64,000 bases of DNA from Candidatus Eiseniibacteriota bacterium. Lineage in GTDB: Bacteria > Eisenbacteria > RBG-16-71-46 > CAIMUX01 > VGJL01. The stretch covers positions 768,001-832,000 of the forward strand of contig CAWBWI010000006.1 in assembly GCA_963792585.1 (NCBI GenBank), given 5' to 3'. The stretch's first letter is position 1. Each line of letters opens with the position of its first letter. This document shows, piece after piece, positions 30,049 to 40,859 of the stretch. The notes beneath the pieces were generated by a model. It was not told where the DNA came from and did no database searches. It saw only the letters and a list, made by a program, of their open reading frames with translations. Made by a program: the position numbers and the translations under genes.

Positions 30049-31800
30049 TCAACCCTTCCCGATCCTCTCCAGCGCACGCCGCAATCGCGGGGCGCGGAGC
30101 ACGAGCCGGGCGTAGTCGGCCTCCGCCGCGGCCCCCTTGGCGCGCAAGATGGCGATCAGCGCGCGCTTCTCCTCTCGGGGCCAGGCCGCCAGATGCGGCA
30201 CGAGCCGGATGAGCGGACTCAGGTGCAGGAACGCGGCCCGCTCGTTCGCGGGCCAGCCCCGCGATCCCAGGGCCCCGATATCGCGCGCGACCTCGCGCGC
30301 GCAGACGGTTTCCGCCGCCGCACGATCTCCCCCGAAACGCCCCTCGATCAGACGGCTCACGGCAAGCCCGATCCCGGTCAGCGAGATCGCGCTCGCCGTG
30401 GTCGCATCGAGGTCGTCGAGATGGAGGACCACGTTCGAGCGCGCGAGCCGCTTGAGAGTGCTCCGCGGGGTTCGGTATCCCGGCTTCGCCTGGATGCGCG
30501 CGGCCTCGGCGGCGGCGAGCCTCCCGATCTTGGGATCCACGGGGCGGAATCCAAGCTTGTGATAGAACCAGAACGAGCCGGCGTCGAGCCCCTCGTCGTT
30601 CTCGTGGCCGAGTTGATAGCGCTCGACGAGAAAGACGTCACATCCGAACTGATGGTGGAAGAGCCGGATGAACTGCTCGAAGACGAACGAGGACTCCCCC
30701 TGTCGGAAGGTCGGGAAGATGTTGACCGCGATCTCCATCTGCTCGAAGAGGAGCGCGCCGACGCCGTAGCCGATCGGGATACCGTTCTTGACGACGAACG
30801 CGCCGTAGTCGGTCTCGATCGGCAGCCGGCGGTGGGGTTGCATCCCGAAGAGGACGATCCGGACGCCGCGGCCGACCGCGGCCTCGTACACCTCGGATTC
30901 GTTCGCGAGCGCGATGGGGTAGAGCTCCCGGTCGCGGACGGAGAGGGCGCAGCGGGCGAGGTCGATCCACGCGCGGGCGCGCGCGCGTGGGACGGGGCGC
31001 AGGCGCCGCATCCCCCGGCGGATCTCGCCGCGTAGGTCGTTCGTCCGCCCCCGCAACGGCTCATCGTGGAAGTAGAGGCGCTCTTCGGGCATCCGCGCGA
31101 GGGTGCGCGAGGCGGGGCCTGTACCGAGTTCCCACGTCAACGGGATGTCGAGGCCGTTGTACAAGGCTTCCAGGGTCTCGAGGGGCAGCCCTGATGTGCG
31201 CAGGCGGTCGATGAGACGGCGCAATGCGGAGGAGCGACCCCTGTTTCCACGGCCGCCCTGCGGCCGACCTCGCCCGCTCTGCCGGCTGCTTTGCCGGCTG
31301 CCCTGCCGGCTGCCCCGCCGGTCGCCCCACGAGCGCTCGAACCACGCGCGCGCGGTGAGAAGCTCATCGTCCAGAGCCGCGGTCTCGACCCATCCCGCCA
31401 CCGGCGAGAGAATCCCCGCGAGGTTGTCGCTCTCCCGCTCCTCGTATGCGTCCCAGTCGATCTCGACGGCGCCGCCGAAACGGTCCGCGAGCCAGCCGGC
31501 GATGGGAAGGCCAAACGGGTACGCATAGGTAGTTCCGGATATGCCCGTCCCGGCGAGTACGTCCCGAAACGGCGGCACCCTTCGGGCGAAGGCGCGAAGC
31601 TCCGCCTCGGCCGAGCGCATGATCCCGGGATCGTCCGGGAAGGCGCGCAGGAAGCAGAGAGCCTCATGGTACGTTTGCAGCTCTTCCGCCGTGCGGATCC
31701 TCCCGCGCCGCGCCGTGGTCAGGAGCTTCTTCTTCCGACGCGCCGCGTCGGCCCCGTACTGGGTCTTCCGTTGATCGAGCTCTTCGAGCCAACCTGGCAT
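30049..31800 (-). CDS. Hypothetical protein with C-terminal GNAT-like segment
   Basis: Long ORF with coding-like composition; YHEALCFLRAFPD, KNGIPIGYG, GSFWFYHKLGFRP. Confidence 0.7.
   Translation of the reverse strand: MPGWLEELDQRKTQYGADAARRKKKLLTTARRGRIRTAEELQTYHEALCFLRAFPDDPGIMRSAEAELRAFARRVPPFRDVLAGTGISGTTYAYPFGLPIAGWLADRFGGAVEIDWDAYEERESDNLAGILSPVAGWVETAALDDELLTARAWFERSWGDRRGSRQGSRQSSRQSGRGRPQGGRGNRGRSSALRRLIDRLRTSGLPLETLEALYNGLDIPLTWELGTGPASRTLARMPEERLYFHDEPLRGRTNDLRGEIRRGMRRLRPVPRARARAWIDLARCALSVRDRELYPIALANESEVYEAAVGRGVRIVLFGMQPHRRLPIETDYGAFVVKNGIPIGYGVGALLFEQMEIAVNIFPTFRQGESSFVFEQFIRLFHHQFGCDVFLVERYQLGHENDEGLDAGSFWFYHKLGFRPVDPKIGRLAAAEAARIQAKPGYRTPRSTLKRLARSNVVLHLDDLDATTASAISLTGIGLAVSRLIEGRFGGDRAAAETVCAREVARDIGALGSRGWPANERAAFLHLSPLIRLVPHLAAWPREEKRALIAILRAKGAAAEADYARLVLRAPRLRRALERIGKG
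31280..31321. repeat. 12-bp in-frame tandem repeat (~3.5 copies)
   Basis: (TGCCGGCTGCYY)n encoding GSRQGSRQSSRQ on the minus strand. Confidence 0.8.
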
Positions 31801-31967
31801 GCGCACCCCCCTCGACCGAATCACAGCCGATGTTCCGCCGTTCTCGATCCTAACGCATCGAGCCCCCCTAGCCCCCCGCCCCGATTCCCGATAGACTCGG
31901 GCCGCGGCGCTGCGATCGTTCGAGGACGGGTGGACCGCGGGGTGTCCGAGACACGAGGAGGTCGGGT

Positions 31968-32918
31968 ATGGGTCGGTGGAAGTTCGCGGCCGCCGCGCTT
32001 GCGGTGGCGATCCTCATATGCGGGTGTGGCGGCGGGGATAAGTCCGAGGCGAAGAAGGACACGACGAAGGGACCAACCGCCACGATCGGCGTCTCCCTTC
32101 TCACACGAACCCATCCCTTCTACCAGGATCTCGAATCGGGGCTGCGCGAGGGAGCAGCCGCCCACGGCTACGAGTTGATCGTCCAGGCGGGCGAGTTCGA
32201 CGTCGCCAAGCAGAAGGACCAGCTCGAGAACTTCATCGTTCGCAAGGTCGCGGCGATCATCGTCTGCCCGTGCGACTCGAAGTCGATCGGCACCTCGATC
32301 GCGGCGGCGAACCAGGCGGGGATCCCGGTCTTCACGGCCGACATCGCAGTGCTCGCCGAAGGTCCGAAGGTCGTCTGCCACGTCGCATCCGACAACGTCG
32401 CCGGCGGCCGCCTGGCGGCCAAGGCCGTGATCGACGCCCTCGGCGGCAAGGGGAAGGTGGCGATCATCGACCATCCCGAGGTCGAATCGGTCATCCAGCG
32501 TGTGCGCGGTTTCGAGGAGGGGATCGCCGAGGCGGCGGGCATGCAGATCGTCGCGAAGCTGACCGGGCGCGGGATGAAGGACGTCGCCTTCCGCACGGCG
32601 GAGGACATCCTCCAGGCGCACCCCGATCTCGACGCGATCTTCGGGATCAATGACGACTCGGCCCTCGGCGCCCTGGCGGCGGTCGAGAAGGCGGGCAAGC
32701 AGGGACGCATCACGATCATCGGCTTCGACGCCGTCCCCGAGGCGCGGCAGGCGATCCGCGACGGCAAGATCCACGCCGACGTGATCCAGCAGCCGAAGGT
32801 GATCGGCAGCACGACGATCCAGGCGATCGCCGACTACATGGCCGGCAAGACGGTCCCCCCATCGATCCTGATCCCCTGCGATCTGCTGACCAAGGATAAG
32901 GCTTCCGCCGACAAGTGA
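31968..32918 (+). CDS. RbsB-like sugar ABC substrate-binding lipoprotein
   Basis: Lipobox ILICGC; HPFY, ASDNVAGG, GINDDSALGA, GFDA. Confidence 0.9.
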   Translation: MGRWKFAAAALAVAILICGCGGGDKSEAKKDTTKGPTATIGVSLLTRTHPFYQDLESGLREGAAAHGYELIVQAGEFDVAKQKDQLENFIVRKVAAIIVCPCDSKSIGTSIAAANQAGIPVFTADIAVLAEGPKVVCHVASDNVAGGRLAAKAVIDALGGKGKVAIIDHPEVESVIQRVRGFEEGIAEAAGMQIVAKLTGRGMKDVAFRTAEDILQAHPDLDAIFGINDDSALGALAAVEKAGKQGRITIIGFDAVPEARQAIRDGKIHADVIQQPKVIGSTTIQAIADYMAGKTVPPSILIPCDLLTKDKASADK

Positions 32919-34413
32919 GCGGGTCCGGGATCGAGGACGCGCCGATCCTCCGCCTCACCGGCGTCGAGAAGGCGTTCCCCGGCGTACGCGCCCTGCGCGG
33001 CGCGCACCTCGAGGTCCGCGCGGGCGAGGTGCACGCGCTCGTCGGCGAGAACGGCGCGGGCAAGAGCACGCTGATCAAGGTCGTGACGGGCGCGCACCGG
33101 CCGGATCCGGGGCGGATCGAGATCGGCGGCGCGCCGGCGGCCTTCGCGGGGCCGATCGACGCCTTCACGTCGGGGATCGCCGCCATCTACCAGGAGTTCA
33201 ACCTCGTCCCCGCGTTGACGGTTCGGGAGAACCTCTTCCTCGGCCGCGAGCGGAGTCGTCTCGGCCGCGTGGATGCGACCGAAGAGCGCCGGCGGACCGC
33301 GGACGTCCTGGGCCGCCTCGGTGGAGGGGTCGATCCGGACGCCCGCATCCGCGACCTCGACGTCGCGCGGCAGCAGATCGTGGAGATCGCCCGGGCGCTG
33401 CTCGCGGATGCGCGCCTTCTGATCATGGACGAGCCGACGGCGACGCTCGCCCCGAGGAGGTGGAGCGTCTCTTCGGAATCCTCCGCGAGCTGCGCCGCCC
33501 GGCCACGGGATCCTCTTCGTCAGCCACCGCCTGGACGAGGTTGCCGCCATCGGCGATCGGATCACCGTGATGCGCGACGGCGAGACGCTCGGGACCTGGA
33601 CGGCCGCCGATCTTCCGGAAGCGAGGCTGATCGAGCTGATGGTCGGCCGCCCGCTCGGGACTTCGTTCCCCGCCCGGTCGCCCCGTCTCGGCCCCGAAGT
33701 GCTGCGCGCCGAGGATCTGCGCGGCGGCCGCGTCCGCGGAGCCTCCTTCGCATTGCGGGCCGGGGAGGTCCTCGGGATCGCCGGCCTCGTCGGCGCCGGA
33801 CGCACCGATCTCGCGCGGCTGATCTTCGGCGCCGACCGGCCGGAGGGAGGACGCCTCCTCCTCGACGGCGCGTCGATCACGGTACGCAGCCCCGCGCGAG
33901 GCGATCGGCCACGGCATCTGCCTGCTCACCGAGGATCGCAAGGGGCAGGGGCTGGTGCTCGGACTCTCCGCGCGGGAGAACTTCGCGCTTCCGAACCTCG
34001 GCCGCTGGTCGCGCTTCGGCTGGATCGACGCCGGGAAGGAATCCTCGGCTTTCATGCGCTACGTCGAGAGCCTCAACATTCGGGTGGCCGGTCCGGACCA
34101 GGCGGCGCGCAACCTCTCGGGTGGCAACCAGCAGAAGCTCCTGATCGCGCGCTGGCTCGAGAACGACGCGCGCGTCCTCTTCTTCGACGAGCCGACGCGC
34201 GGGATCGACGTCGGCGCGAAACACGAAATGTACAATCTGATCCGCGACCTCGCGTCGCGGGGCAAGGCGATCGTCATGATTTCATCCGAGCTGCCCGAGG
34301 TCCTGGGCATGAGCGATCGGATCCTCGTCATGCACGAGGGGCGTATCACGGGAGAGATCACCGACGTGGAAAGCGCGACCCAGGAGCAGCTGTTGCGCCT
34401 GGCGGTGGCGTGA
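32915..34413 (+). CDS. RbsA-like sugar ABC ATPase (about 3 frameshifts at ~33453, ~33500, ~33890)
   Basis: GENGAGKST, MDEPTATL, SHRLDEV, EDRKGQG, LSGGNQQK, DEPTRGIDVGAK spread over several frames. Confidence 0.88.
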
Positions 34414-35804
34414 CCGGCTGCGCCCCGCAGCCGGCGGGCGGTCCTTCGACCGGCTGGCGCGCGTCCATCACCCGCGCCCTCGGCCCCTACGGGATGCTCG
34501 GTGTCCTTCTGCTGCTCGTCATCCTCTTCTCGGCTCTCACGGTGCGCGAGCAGCACCCGACCGGCGATGCAGCCGCGCACGCCGTCGCCAAGAAGATCGC
34601 CGCCATGCCCCCGAGCACCGTCGTCATCTTCGCCCGCACCGGCGCGGAGGACGAGTCCTTCGCCCACAGCCTGAGGGACCGCCTGCGCGCCCGCGGCACC
34701 CCCGTCATCGGGATGGTGACCGGAGATCCAACGGACGTGAAACGCGAGATCGCCGCGCTCGCGTCGCAGCCGCAGACGGCGCTGCGGATCGCCACCCTCG
34801 AATCGTATGCGCCGATCGTCGCCTCGATCCTCGAGCAGTTCCCGGCGCTCTCAGGAGTTCCCATCCTGACGCCCCCCGCATATCGTTGGCCTACCTTTCT
34901 CTTGAAGGAGAACCTTCGAAACGTGGCCAATCAGATCGCGGTGATCGCGATCGTCGCCGTCGGGATGACGATGGTGATCATCACCGGAGGGATCGATCTC
35001 TCCGTCGGCAGCCTCATCGCGCTGGCGGCGGTGAGCGTCGCGGGGATGATCGGCTGGATGGGCGGGACGAGCGCGGGCGCGGGCGCGATGATCCTCGCCG
35101 GTCTCGGGGCGATCGTGGCCTGCGGCCTCTTCGGCCTCTTCTCGGGCTTCACGATCACCCGGTTCCGCGTGCCCCCCTTCATCGCGACCCTGGGAATGAT
35201 GCAGGTCGCGAGCGGGCTCGCGTACATCCTCTCGAAGGGCAAACCGATCTACCGGCTCCCCGACAGCTTCGTCACCCTCGGCCGATCGGCGGATCCGCTC
35301 CTCGGGATCCCGTACGCGGTGATCGTGATGGCGGCGCTCTTCGCCCTCGCCCACCTGTTGATGTCCCGGACGGTCCTCGGCCGGTACATCTACGCCGTGG
35401 GCGGCAACGAGGAGGCCGCACGGCTCGCCGGGGTGCGCGTCAAGGACGTCCTGCTCTTCGTCTATACGATTTCTGGACTGCTCGCGGGGCTCGGCGGCGT
35501 CGTCATGGCATCGCAATTCAAGAGCGGCGCGCCCACATACGGGGTCATGTACGAGCTCTACGTCATCGCGGCGGTGGTGGTCGGCGGCACTTCGCTCTCG
35601 GGCGGCGAGGGAAAGATCCTCGGAACCCTGATCGGGGCCTTCATCATTGCCGTCATCCAGAACGGGATGAACCTGACGAACGTGGAGAGCTACACGCAGA
35701 AGGTCGTGCTCGGGCTCGTGATCCTGGGCGCGGTGCTGATCGACCGGGTCAAGCAGCAACGGGGGTGGTGGCGGTGGCGGCCGGGCCGCGGGGCCGGCAT
35801 CTAG
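34410..35804 (+). CDS. RbsC-like sugar ABC permease with ~100-aa insertion after the first TM
   Basis: GGIDLSVGS, PPFIATLG, GGNEEAARLAG, VVGGTSLSGGEG; GTGA overlap. Confidence 0.88.
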   Translation: MTGCAPQPAGGPSTGWRASITRALGPYGMLGVLLLLVILFSALTVREQHPTGDAAAHAVAKKIAAMPPSTVVIFARTGAEDESFAHSLRDRLRARGTPVIGMVTGDPTDVKREIAALASQPQTALRIATLESYAPIVASILEQFPALSGVPILTPPAYRWPTFLLKENLRNVANQIAVIAIVAVGMTMVIITGGIDLSVGSLIALAAVSVAGMIGWMGGTSAGAGAMILAGLGAIVACGLFGLFSGFTITRFRVPPFIATLGMMQVASGLAYILSKGKPIYRLPDSFVTLGRSADPLLGIPYAVIVMAALFALAHLLMSRTVLGRYIYAVGGNEEAARLAGVRVKDVLLFVYTISGLLAGLGGVVMASQFKSGAPTYGVMYELYVIAAVVVGGTSLSGGEGKILGTLIGAFIIAVIQNGMNLTNVESYTQKVVLGLVILGAVLIDRVKQQRGWWRWRPGRGAGI

Positions 35805-35821
35805 TCGGAGGAGGCTGTCCA

Positions 35822-38800
35822 ATGCGGGGAATCTTGGTTTCGATCGTCGGGATCTTCATGGCGATCGCGGTCGGCACTGCTGCCGGAGCAGAGACGCCGG
35901 AGGCATTATCGGCGGCGCGGCCGCAGCTCTACGTGGTCGGCACGTCCCACTTGGACACCCAGTGGCGGTGGACCATCCAGAAGACGATCGACGAGTATAT
36001 CCCCGCCACCATGCGGGATAACCTCGCCCTCCTCGAGAAGTATCCCGACTACGTGTTCAGCTTCGAAGGGGCCTTCCGCTATCAACTGATGCGGGAGTAC
36101 TACCCGCAAGAATACGAGCGCGTGAAGAAGGCGATCGCCGACGGACGATGGCGGGTGGCCGGAAGCTGGGTGGATGCCGTCGACACGAACATGCCATCCC
36201 CTGAGGCATTGATGCGGCAGGCGCTCTACGGAAACGGCTTCTTCCGCCGCGAGTTCGGCAAGACGAGCTGCGACATCTTCCTCCCCGACTGCTTCGGTTT
36301 CGGGTACGCCCTCCCGGGAATCGCCAACCACTGCGGGATCACCGGATTCTCGACCCAGAAGCTCACCTGGGGATCGGCGGTCGGCGTGCCGTTCGACATC
36401 GGCCTCTGGGAGGGAGTCGACGGGTCGAAGCTGGTCGCCTCCATCAATCCCGGTGAATACGTCTCCCGTATCAAGACCGATCTATCTGCCGACTCCGCCG
36501 TCGTCGCGACGGTGACGAAGCAGGGCGAGACCTCGGGGCTCTATGCGGGCTTCAAGTACTTCGGAACCGGGGACGAAGGCGGCGCGCCGACGGAGGAGTC
36601 GGTGCAGTGGCTCGAAAAGAGCATCGCAGGAGCCGGTCCGGTGCTGGTGCGCAGCGTCGCCTCCGATCAGATCGCCCGCGATATCATGAGCCTTCCCGCG
36701 GCGTCTCTGGAGCGACTCCCCCGCTACAAGGGGGAACTTCTCATGACCGACCACGGAACCGGCTGCTACACATCCCAGGCGGCCATGAAGCGCTACAACA
36801 GGAAGAACGAGCGCCTCGCCGATGCGGCGGAGCGGGCGTCGGTGGTCGCCCAGTGGCTCGGATCCAGTCCATATCCGCGCGAGGCGCTGCGGGATACCTG
36901 GATTCGCTTCCTCTGGCACCAGTTTCACGACGATCTGACCGGAACGAGCATTCCCGAGGCATACGTCTACTCGTGGAACGACGAGGCGATCGCGATGAAC
37001 CAGTTTGGTTCGATCCTGAACGACGCGGTCGGCGGCGTCTCACGCGCCCTCGACACGCGTGCCACCGGAGTTCCCATCGTCGTCTACAACGCGCTCGGCA
37101 TCGATCGCGAAGACATCGTCGAGGCGGACGTGGTCTTCGAAGGGGCCGCGCCCCGTGCGGCGCGGGTCTGGGGTCCTCTCGGACAGGAGATCCCCTCGCA
37201 GACGCGCGCGAATGGAACTGGTCTTCACGTGACCTTCCTCGCCGCGGTACCGGCCGCGGGGTTCGCAGTCTATGACGTGCGCCCCTCGGATACTCCCTGC
37301 GATATCCAGACCGGTCTAAGCGCAAGCGAGGCGGCTCTCGAGAACGCCCGCTACCGCCTTCGCATCGACGCCAACGGCGATATCGCCTCGGTCTTGGATA
37401 AGCGGGCGAACCGGGAGCTCCTCGTATCCCCGATCCGACTGCAGATGATCGCCGACCAACCGTACGACTGGGCTGCCTGGGAAATCGACTACGACGACAT
37501 CATGGCGCCGCCGCGAACGCTCGTCGCCTCACCGGCCACCATCAGGATCGTTGATCACGGACCCGCCTGTTGCGCGATCGAGATCGTGCGTTCCGCCGAC
37601 GGCTCGGTCTTCCGCCAGACGGTGCGCCTCGCCGCGGGGGGCGCGGCCGATCGGATCGAAGTATCGAATGACGTCGACTGGGGCTCGAAGGGCACGCTGC
37701 TGAAGGCGGCGTTCCCGTTCACGATGGCGAACGAGAAGGCGACCTACGATCTGGGCCTGGGCACGATCGAGCGCGGGATCAACCGCAAGGTGCTCTACGA
37801 AGTCCCCGCCCAGCAGTGGGCCGATCTGACCGCCGCCGACGGCGGCTACGGCGTGGCCGTCATGAACGATTGCAAGTACGGGTGGGACAGGCCGGACGAT
37901 CACACGCTGCGACTCACCCTCGTCCGGACACCGGAAGTCAGCGAGCGCTGGAGCTGGATCAAGGACCAGCGCTCGATGGACCTCGGCCGCCACCGGTTCA
38001 CCTTCGCGGTCTGCGGGCACGCGGGAGACTGGCGCGACGGAAATATCCCGCTCGAGGCGGACCGTCTAAACCAGCCGCTCCTCGCGTATCAGGTCCCGAG
38101 TCATCCGGGTGAACTTGGCAGTTCCTTCTCCTTCTTCCACCTGAGCCATCCGTCGATCGCGGTCCGGGCGATTAAGATGGCAGAAGACGGCGACGAGATC
38201 ATCGTTCGATTGCAGGAGCTGCATGGCAAGGAGGCGCGGGCGGTCCGTTTCGACTTCGCCCGGCCGATCGTGAACGGGCGCGAGGTGAACGGAGTCGAGG
38301 ACGGCGTCGGGCCGGCGCTGATCAACAATGGCGGAATCTTCTGCTCGTTCGCTCCATACCAGCCTCGAACGTTCGCCGTGCGACTGGACGGGCCACCGAT
38401 CCATCTGGCCCCCCCCGACGCGCGCACGATCGAACTGCCCTTCAACATGGAGGGCGCCACGCTCCATGGCGTCCCGGCGACGACTCCCTTCGACGGGGCC
38501 GGCAACGCGCTTCCCGGCGAACTCCTCCCCGCCCGACTCACCTGCGGCGCCATCCCATTCGACCTGGGAGTTCCCGGCCGGCCGAACGTCCTGGCATGCC
38601 GCGGTCAGAGGATCGCGATCCCGGCAGGCGCCTTCGATCGCGTCTGCCTGATCGCCGCCGCGGTCGGCGGCGACCGGAAGGCAACCTTCTCGATCGACGG
38701 CCATCGGACCGACCTGTGGATCCAGGACTACGCCGAACCGATCGGGCAATGGGACAGCCGCCTCGCGACGGGGAGGTTTCTCGAGGAGCGTTCCGAGATT

Positions 38801-39745
38801 CTTCCCGCCTACCTCAAGATGGACCCGATCGCCTGGGTCGGGACCCACAGACACGCGAAGGATGGGAAGACCGAGGCATACGCGTTCGCCCAGATGTACC
38901 GCTACACGCTTCCGATCGCGCACGGCGCGCAGATGCTGACGCTCCCGGACGATGATCGTATCCGAGTTCTTGCGATCACCGCGGCCCATGATCCCAACGC
39001 CGCGACACGGCCGGCACAGCCGCTCTTCGATCTGCCCGGACGGACCGGAGTCCGCGTCGTCCCCGAGTCCCCGGACTTCCTGGAATCCACTCACGTCTCG
39101 ATGAGCTCCCCTAATGGGAGGGCGACCATCCGGTACACCCTCGACGGCGCCGATCCGACTGTCGATTCCCCGACATACCAGGAGCCGATCCGTATATCGA
39201 AACCGACGACCGTCAAGGCGCGGGCCTTTCTCGAGGGGATGGACTCTTCCTTCATCGCCCACGTTACCTTGAACAAGCTAACTCCACGCGCGGCGACCTC
39301 CGTCCCCGGCGCGATTCAGGGCCTCACCTGCCGCTACTACGAAGAGAGCTGGTCCAAGGTGCCCGACTTCCGGGCGCTCACGCCCGTCCGCACCATGATC
39401 GCCGATCGCGTGGCCGCGCCGGCATTCGCCCGTCAGGAGAACTACGGTCTCTTCCTGACGGGATACCTCAAGGTCCCGCGTGACGGCCTCTACACCCTCC
39501 ATCTCTGGTCGGATGACGGGAGCACACTCCGGCTGGGTGATGCGCCCCTGATCGACAACGATGGACTCCATGGCAGGGGTGAAGTTCCGGCGTCGTTCGC
39601 GCTGAAGGCCGGATTCCACCCGCTCGAGATCTCGTTCTTCCAGAAGATGGGGGACCAAGCGTTCGAACTGTGGATCGAGGGACCTGATCTGCCCCTTCAG
39701 CAGGTCCCCCCCGAGATGCTGGCGCATGCGGGGGCGGACCGGTAG
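35822..39745 (+). CDS. Secreted GH38 alpha-mannosidase with C-terminal chitobiase/Fn3-associated and PA14 domains
   Basis: Signal peptide; SHLDTQWRW, LPDCFGF, HQFHDDLTGTS; IRYTLDGADPT; WSDDGS...IDNDGLH (PA14). Confidence 0.9.
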   Translation: MRGILVSIVGIFMAIAVGTAAGAETPEALSAARPQLYVVGTSHLDTQWRWTIQKTIDEYIPATMRDNLALLEKYPDYVFSFEGAFRYQLMREYYPQEYERVKKAIADGRWRVAGSWVDAVDTNMPSPEALMRQALYGNGFFRREFGKTSCDIFLPDCFGFGYALPGIANHCGITGFSTQKLTWGSAVGVPFDIGLWEGVDGSKLVASINPGEYVSRIKTDLSADSAVVATVTKQGETSGLYAGFKYFGTGDEGGAPTEESVQWLEKSIAGAGPVLVRSVASDQIARDIMSLPAASLERLPRYKGELLMTDHGTGCYTSQAAMKRYNRKNERLADAAERASVVAQWLGSSPYPREALRDTWIRFLWHQFHDDLTGTSIPEAYVYSWNDEAIAMNQFGSILNDAVGGVSRALDTRATGVPIVVYNALGIDREDIVEADVVFEGAAPRAARVWGPLGQEIPSQTRANGTGLHVTFLAAVPAAGFAVYDVRPSDTPCDIQTGLSASEAALENARYRLRIDANGDIASVLDKRANRELLVSPIRLQMIADQPYDWAAWEIDYDDIMAPPRTLVASPATIRIVDHGPACCAIEIVRSADGSVFRQTVRLAAGGAADRIEVSNDVDWGSKGTLLKAAFPFTMANEKATYDLGLGTIERGINRKVLYEVPAQQWADLTAADGGYGVAVMNDCKYGWDRPDDHTLRLTLVRTPEVSERWSWIKDQRSMDLGRHRFTFAVCGHAGDWRDGNIPLEADRLNQPLLAYQVPSHPGELGSSFSFFHLSHPSIAVRAIKMAEDGDEIIVRLQELHGKEARAVRFDFARPIVNGREVNGVEDGVGPALINNGGIFCSFAPYQPRTFAVRLDGPPIHLAPPDARTIELPFNMEGATLHGVPATTPFDGAGNALPGELLPARLTCGAIPFDLGVPGRPNVLACRGQRIAIPAGAFDRVCLIAAAVGGDRKATFSIDGHRTDLWIQDYAEPIGQWDSRLATGRFLEERSEILPAYLKMDPIAWVGTHRHAKDGKTEAYAFAQMYRYTLPIAHGAQMLTLPDDDRIRVLAITAAHDPNAATRPAQPLFDLPGRTGVRVVPESPDFLESTHVSMSSPNGRATIRYTLDGADPTVDSPTYQEPIRISKPTTVKARAFLEGMDSSFIAHVTLNKLTPRAATSVPGAIQGLTCRYYEESWSKVPDFRALTPVRTMIADRVAAPAFARQENYGLFLTGYLKVPRDGLYTLHLWSDDGSTLRLGDAPLIDNDGLHGRGEVPASFALKAGFHPLEISFFQKMGDQAFELWIEGPDLPLQQVPPEMLAHAGADR

Positions 39746-39830
39746 GCGCGTCGCGGATCGGGTGTAGGCTCTTCCGGTCGCTTCACCGGGTGCTGAAGGC
39801 CGTACGGCGCCCAACGGAAAGGGACCCACC

Positions 39831-40763
39831 ATGCCCAAGTACCGCATCCTCAGCCTCGACGGCGGCGGCATTCGAGGCATCATCACCGCCGTGCTCTTGC
39901 AGCGACTCAGCGGTCAGCCGACCCTGTCCGGATGGCTGAACTCCGTCGATCTCATCGCCGGAACGTCGACCGGAGGATTGCTCTCGCTCGCGCTGGCCGC
40001 GGGGCTCGACCCGAAGGAAATCCGTGAGCTGTACGAAACGAAGGGAAAACAGATCTTCGACGATTCCTGGCTTGATGATCTCGTCGACCTCAGCAAGCTC
40101 CGCGGGGCCGACTACGGGATCAAGAACCTGCGCAACGAACTCCACAAGATCCTCGGCGATCGAACCCTCGCGCAGTTGCGCAAGCGCGTCCTCATCACGG
40201 CGTTCGATCTCGACAACGAAGCAGCCGATCCCGCGGATCGCACATGGAAGCCGAAGATCTTCCACAACTTTCCAGGTTCCGACAGCGACGGCGCGGAGCT
40301 GGCATACAAGATCGGAGTCTACACGAGCGCCGCGCCGACCTACTTCCCGGCCGAGGACGGTTACATCGACGGCGGCGTCTTCGCCCCGAACCCCAGCATG
40401 TGCGCCCTCGCCCAGTCGCAGGACGACCGGATTCCATCACCCCCCGCGCTCTCCGACGTCGTCCTGCTCTCGCTCGGCACGGGGACGACCTTGCAGTACA
40501 TCAAGGGAAAGACCCTCGACTGGGGATATGCCCAGTGGGCGAAGCCGCTCGTCAGCCTGATGCTCGACGGGGTCTCGGGAATCGCCGATTATCAATGCCG
40601 CCAAGTCCTGAAGGATCGTTATTGCCGCCTCGCCCCGACGTTTCCTCCGGGGACAGCGATCCCGATGGATGCCGTCGACAAGATCCCCTCGATGGTTCGG
40701 TTTGCCGGATCGGTCGATCTGAGCGCAACCGTCAGGTGGATCGAATCTCGCTGGATGCGGTAG
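39831..40763 (+). CDS. Patatin-like phospholipase
   Basis: DGGGIRG, GTSTGG, SAAPTYFP, IDGG. Confidence 0.92.
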   Translation: MPKYRILSLDGGGIRGIITAVLLQRLSGQPTLSGWLNSVDLIAGTSTGGLLSLALAAGLDPKEIRELYETKGKQIFDDSWLDDLVDLSKLRGADYGIKNLRNELHKILGDRTLAQLRKRVLITAFDLDNEAADPADRTWKPKIFHNFPGSDSDGAELAYKIGVYTSAAPTYFPAEDGYIDGGVFAPNPSMCALAQSQDDRIPSPPALSDVVLLSLGTGTTLQYIKGKTLDWGYAQWAKPLVSLMLDGVSGIADYQCRQVLKDRYCRLAPTFPPGTAIPMDAVDKIPSMVRFAGSVDLSATVRWIESRWMR

Positions 40764-40859
40764 GCATGCCGGAAGGCAGGGTCGCAAAGACCGTCCGTCG
40801 AGGGCCTATCCGCCGTCCCTGTCTCGTGGCATGATCATGCGCGGAATTGGAGGCCAACC

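Noticed and set aside
39831..40763. Patatin as a CBASS CapV effector
   Set aside because: No CD-NTase, E1/E2, JAB or other defence gene is adjacent.
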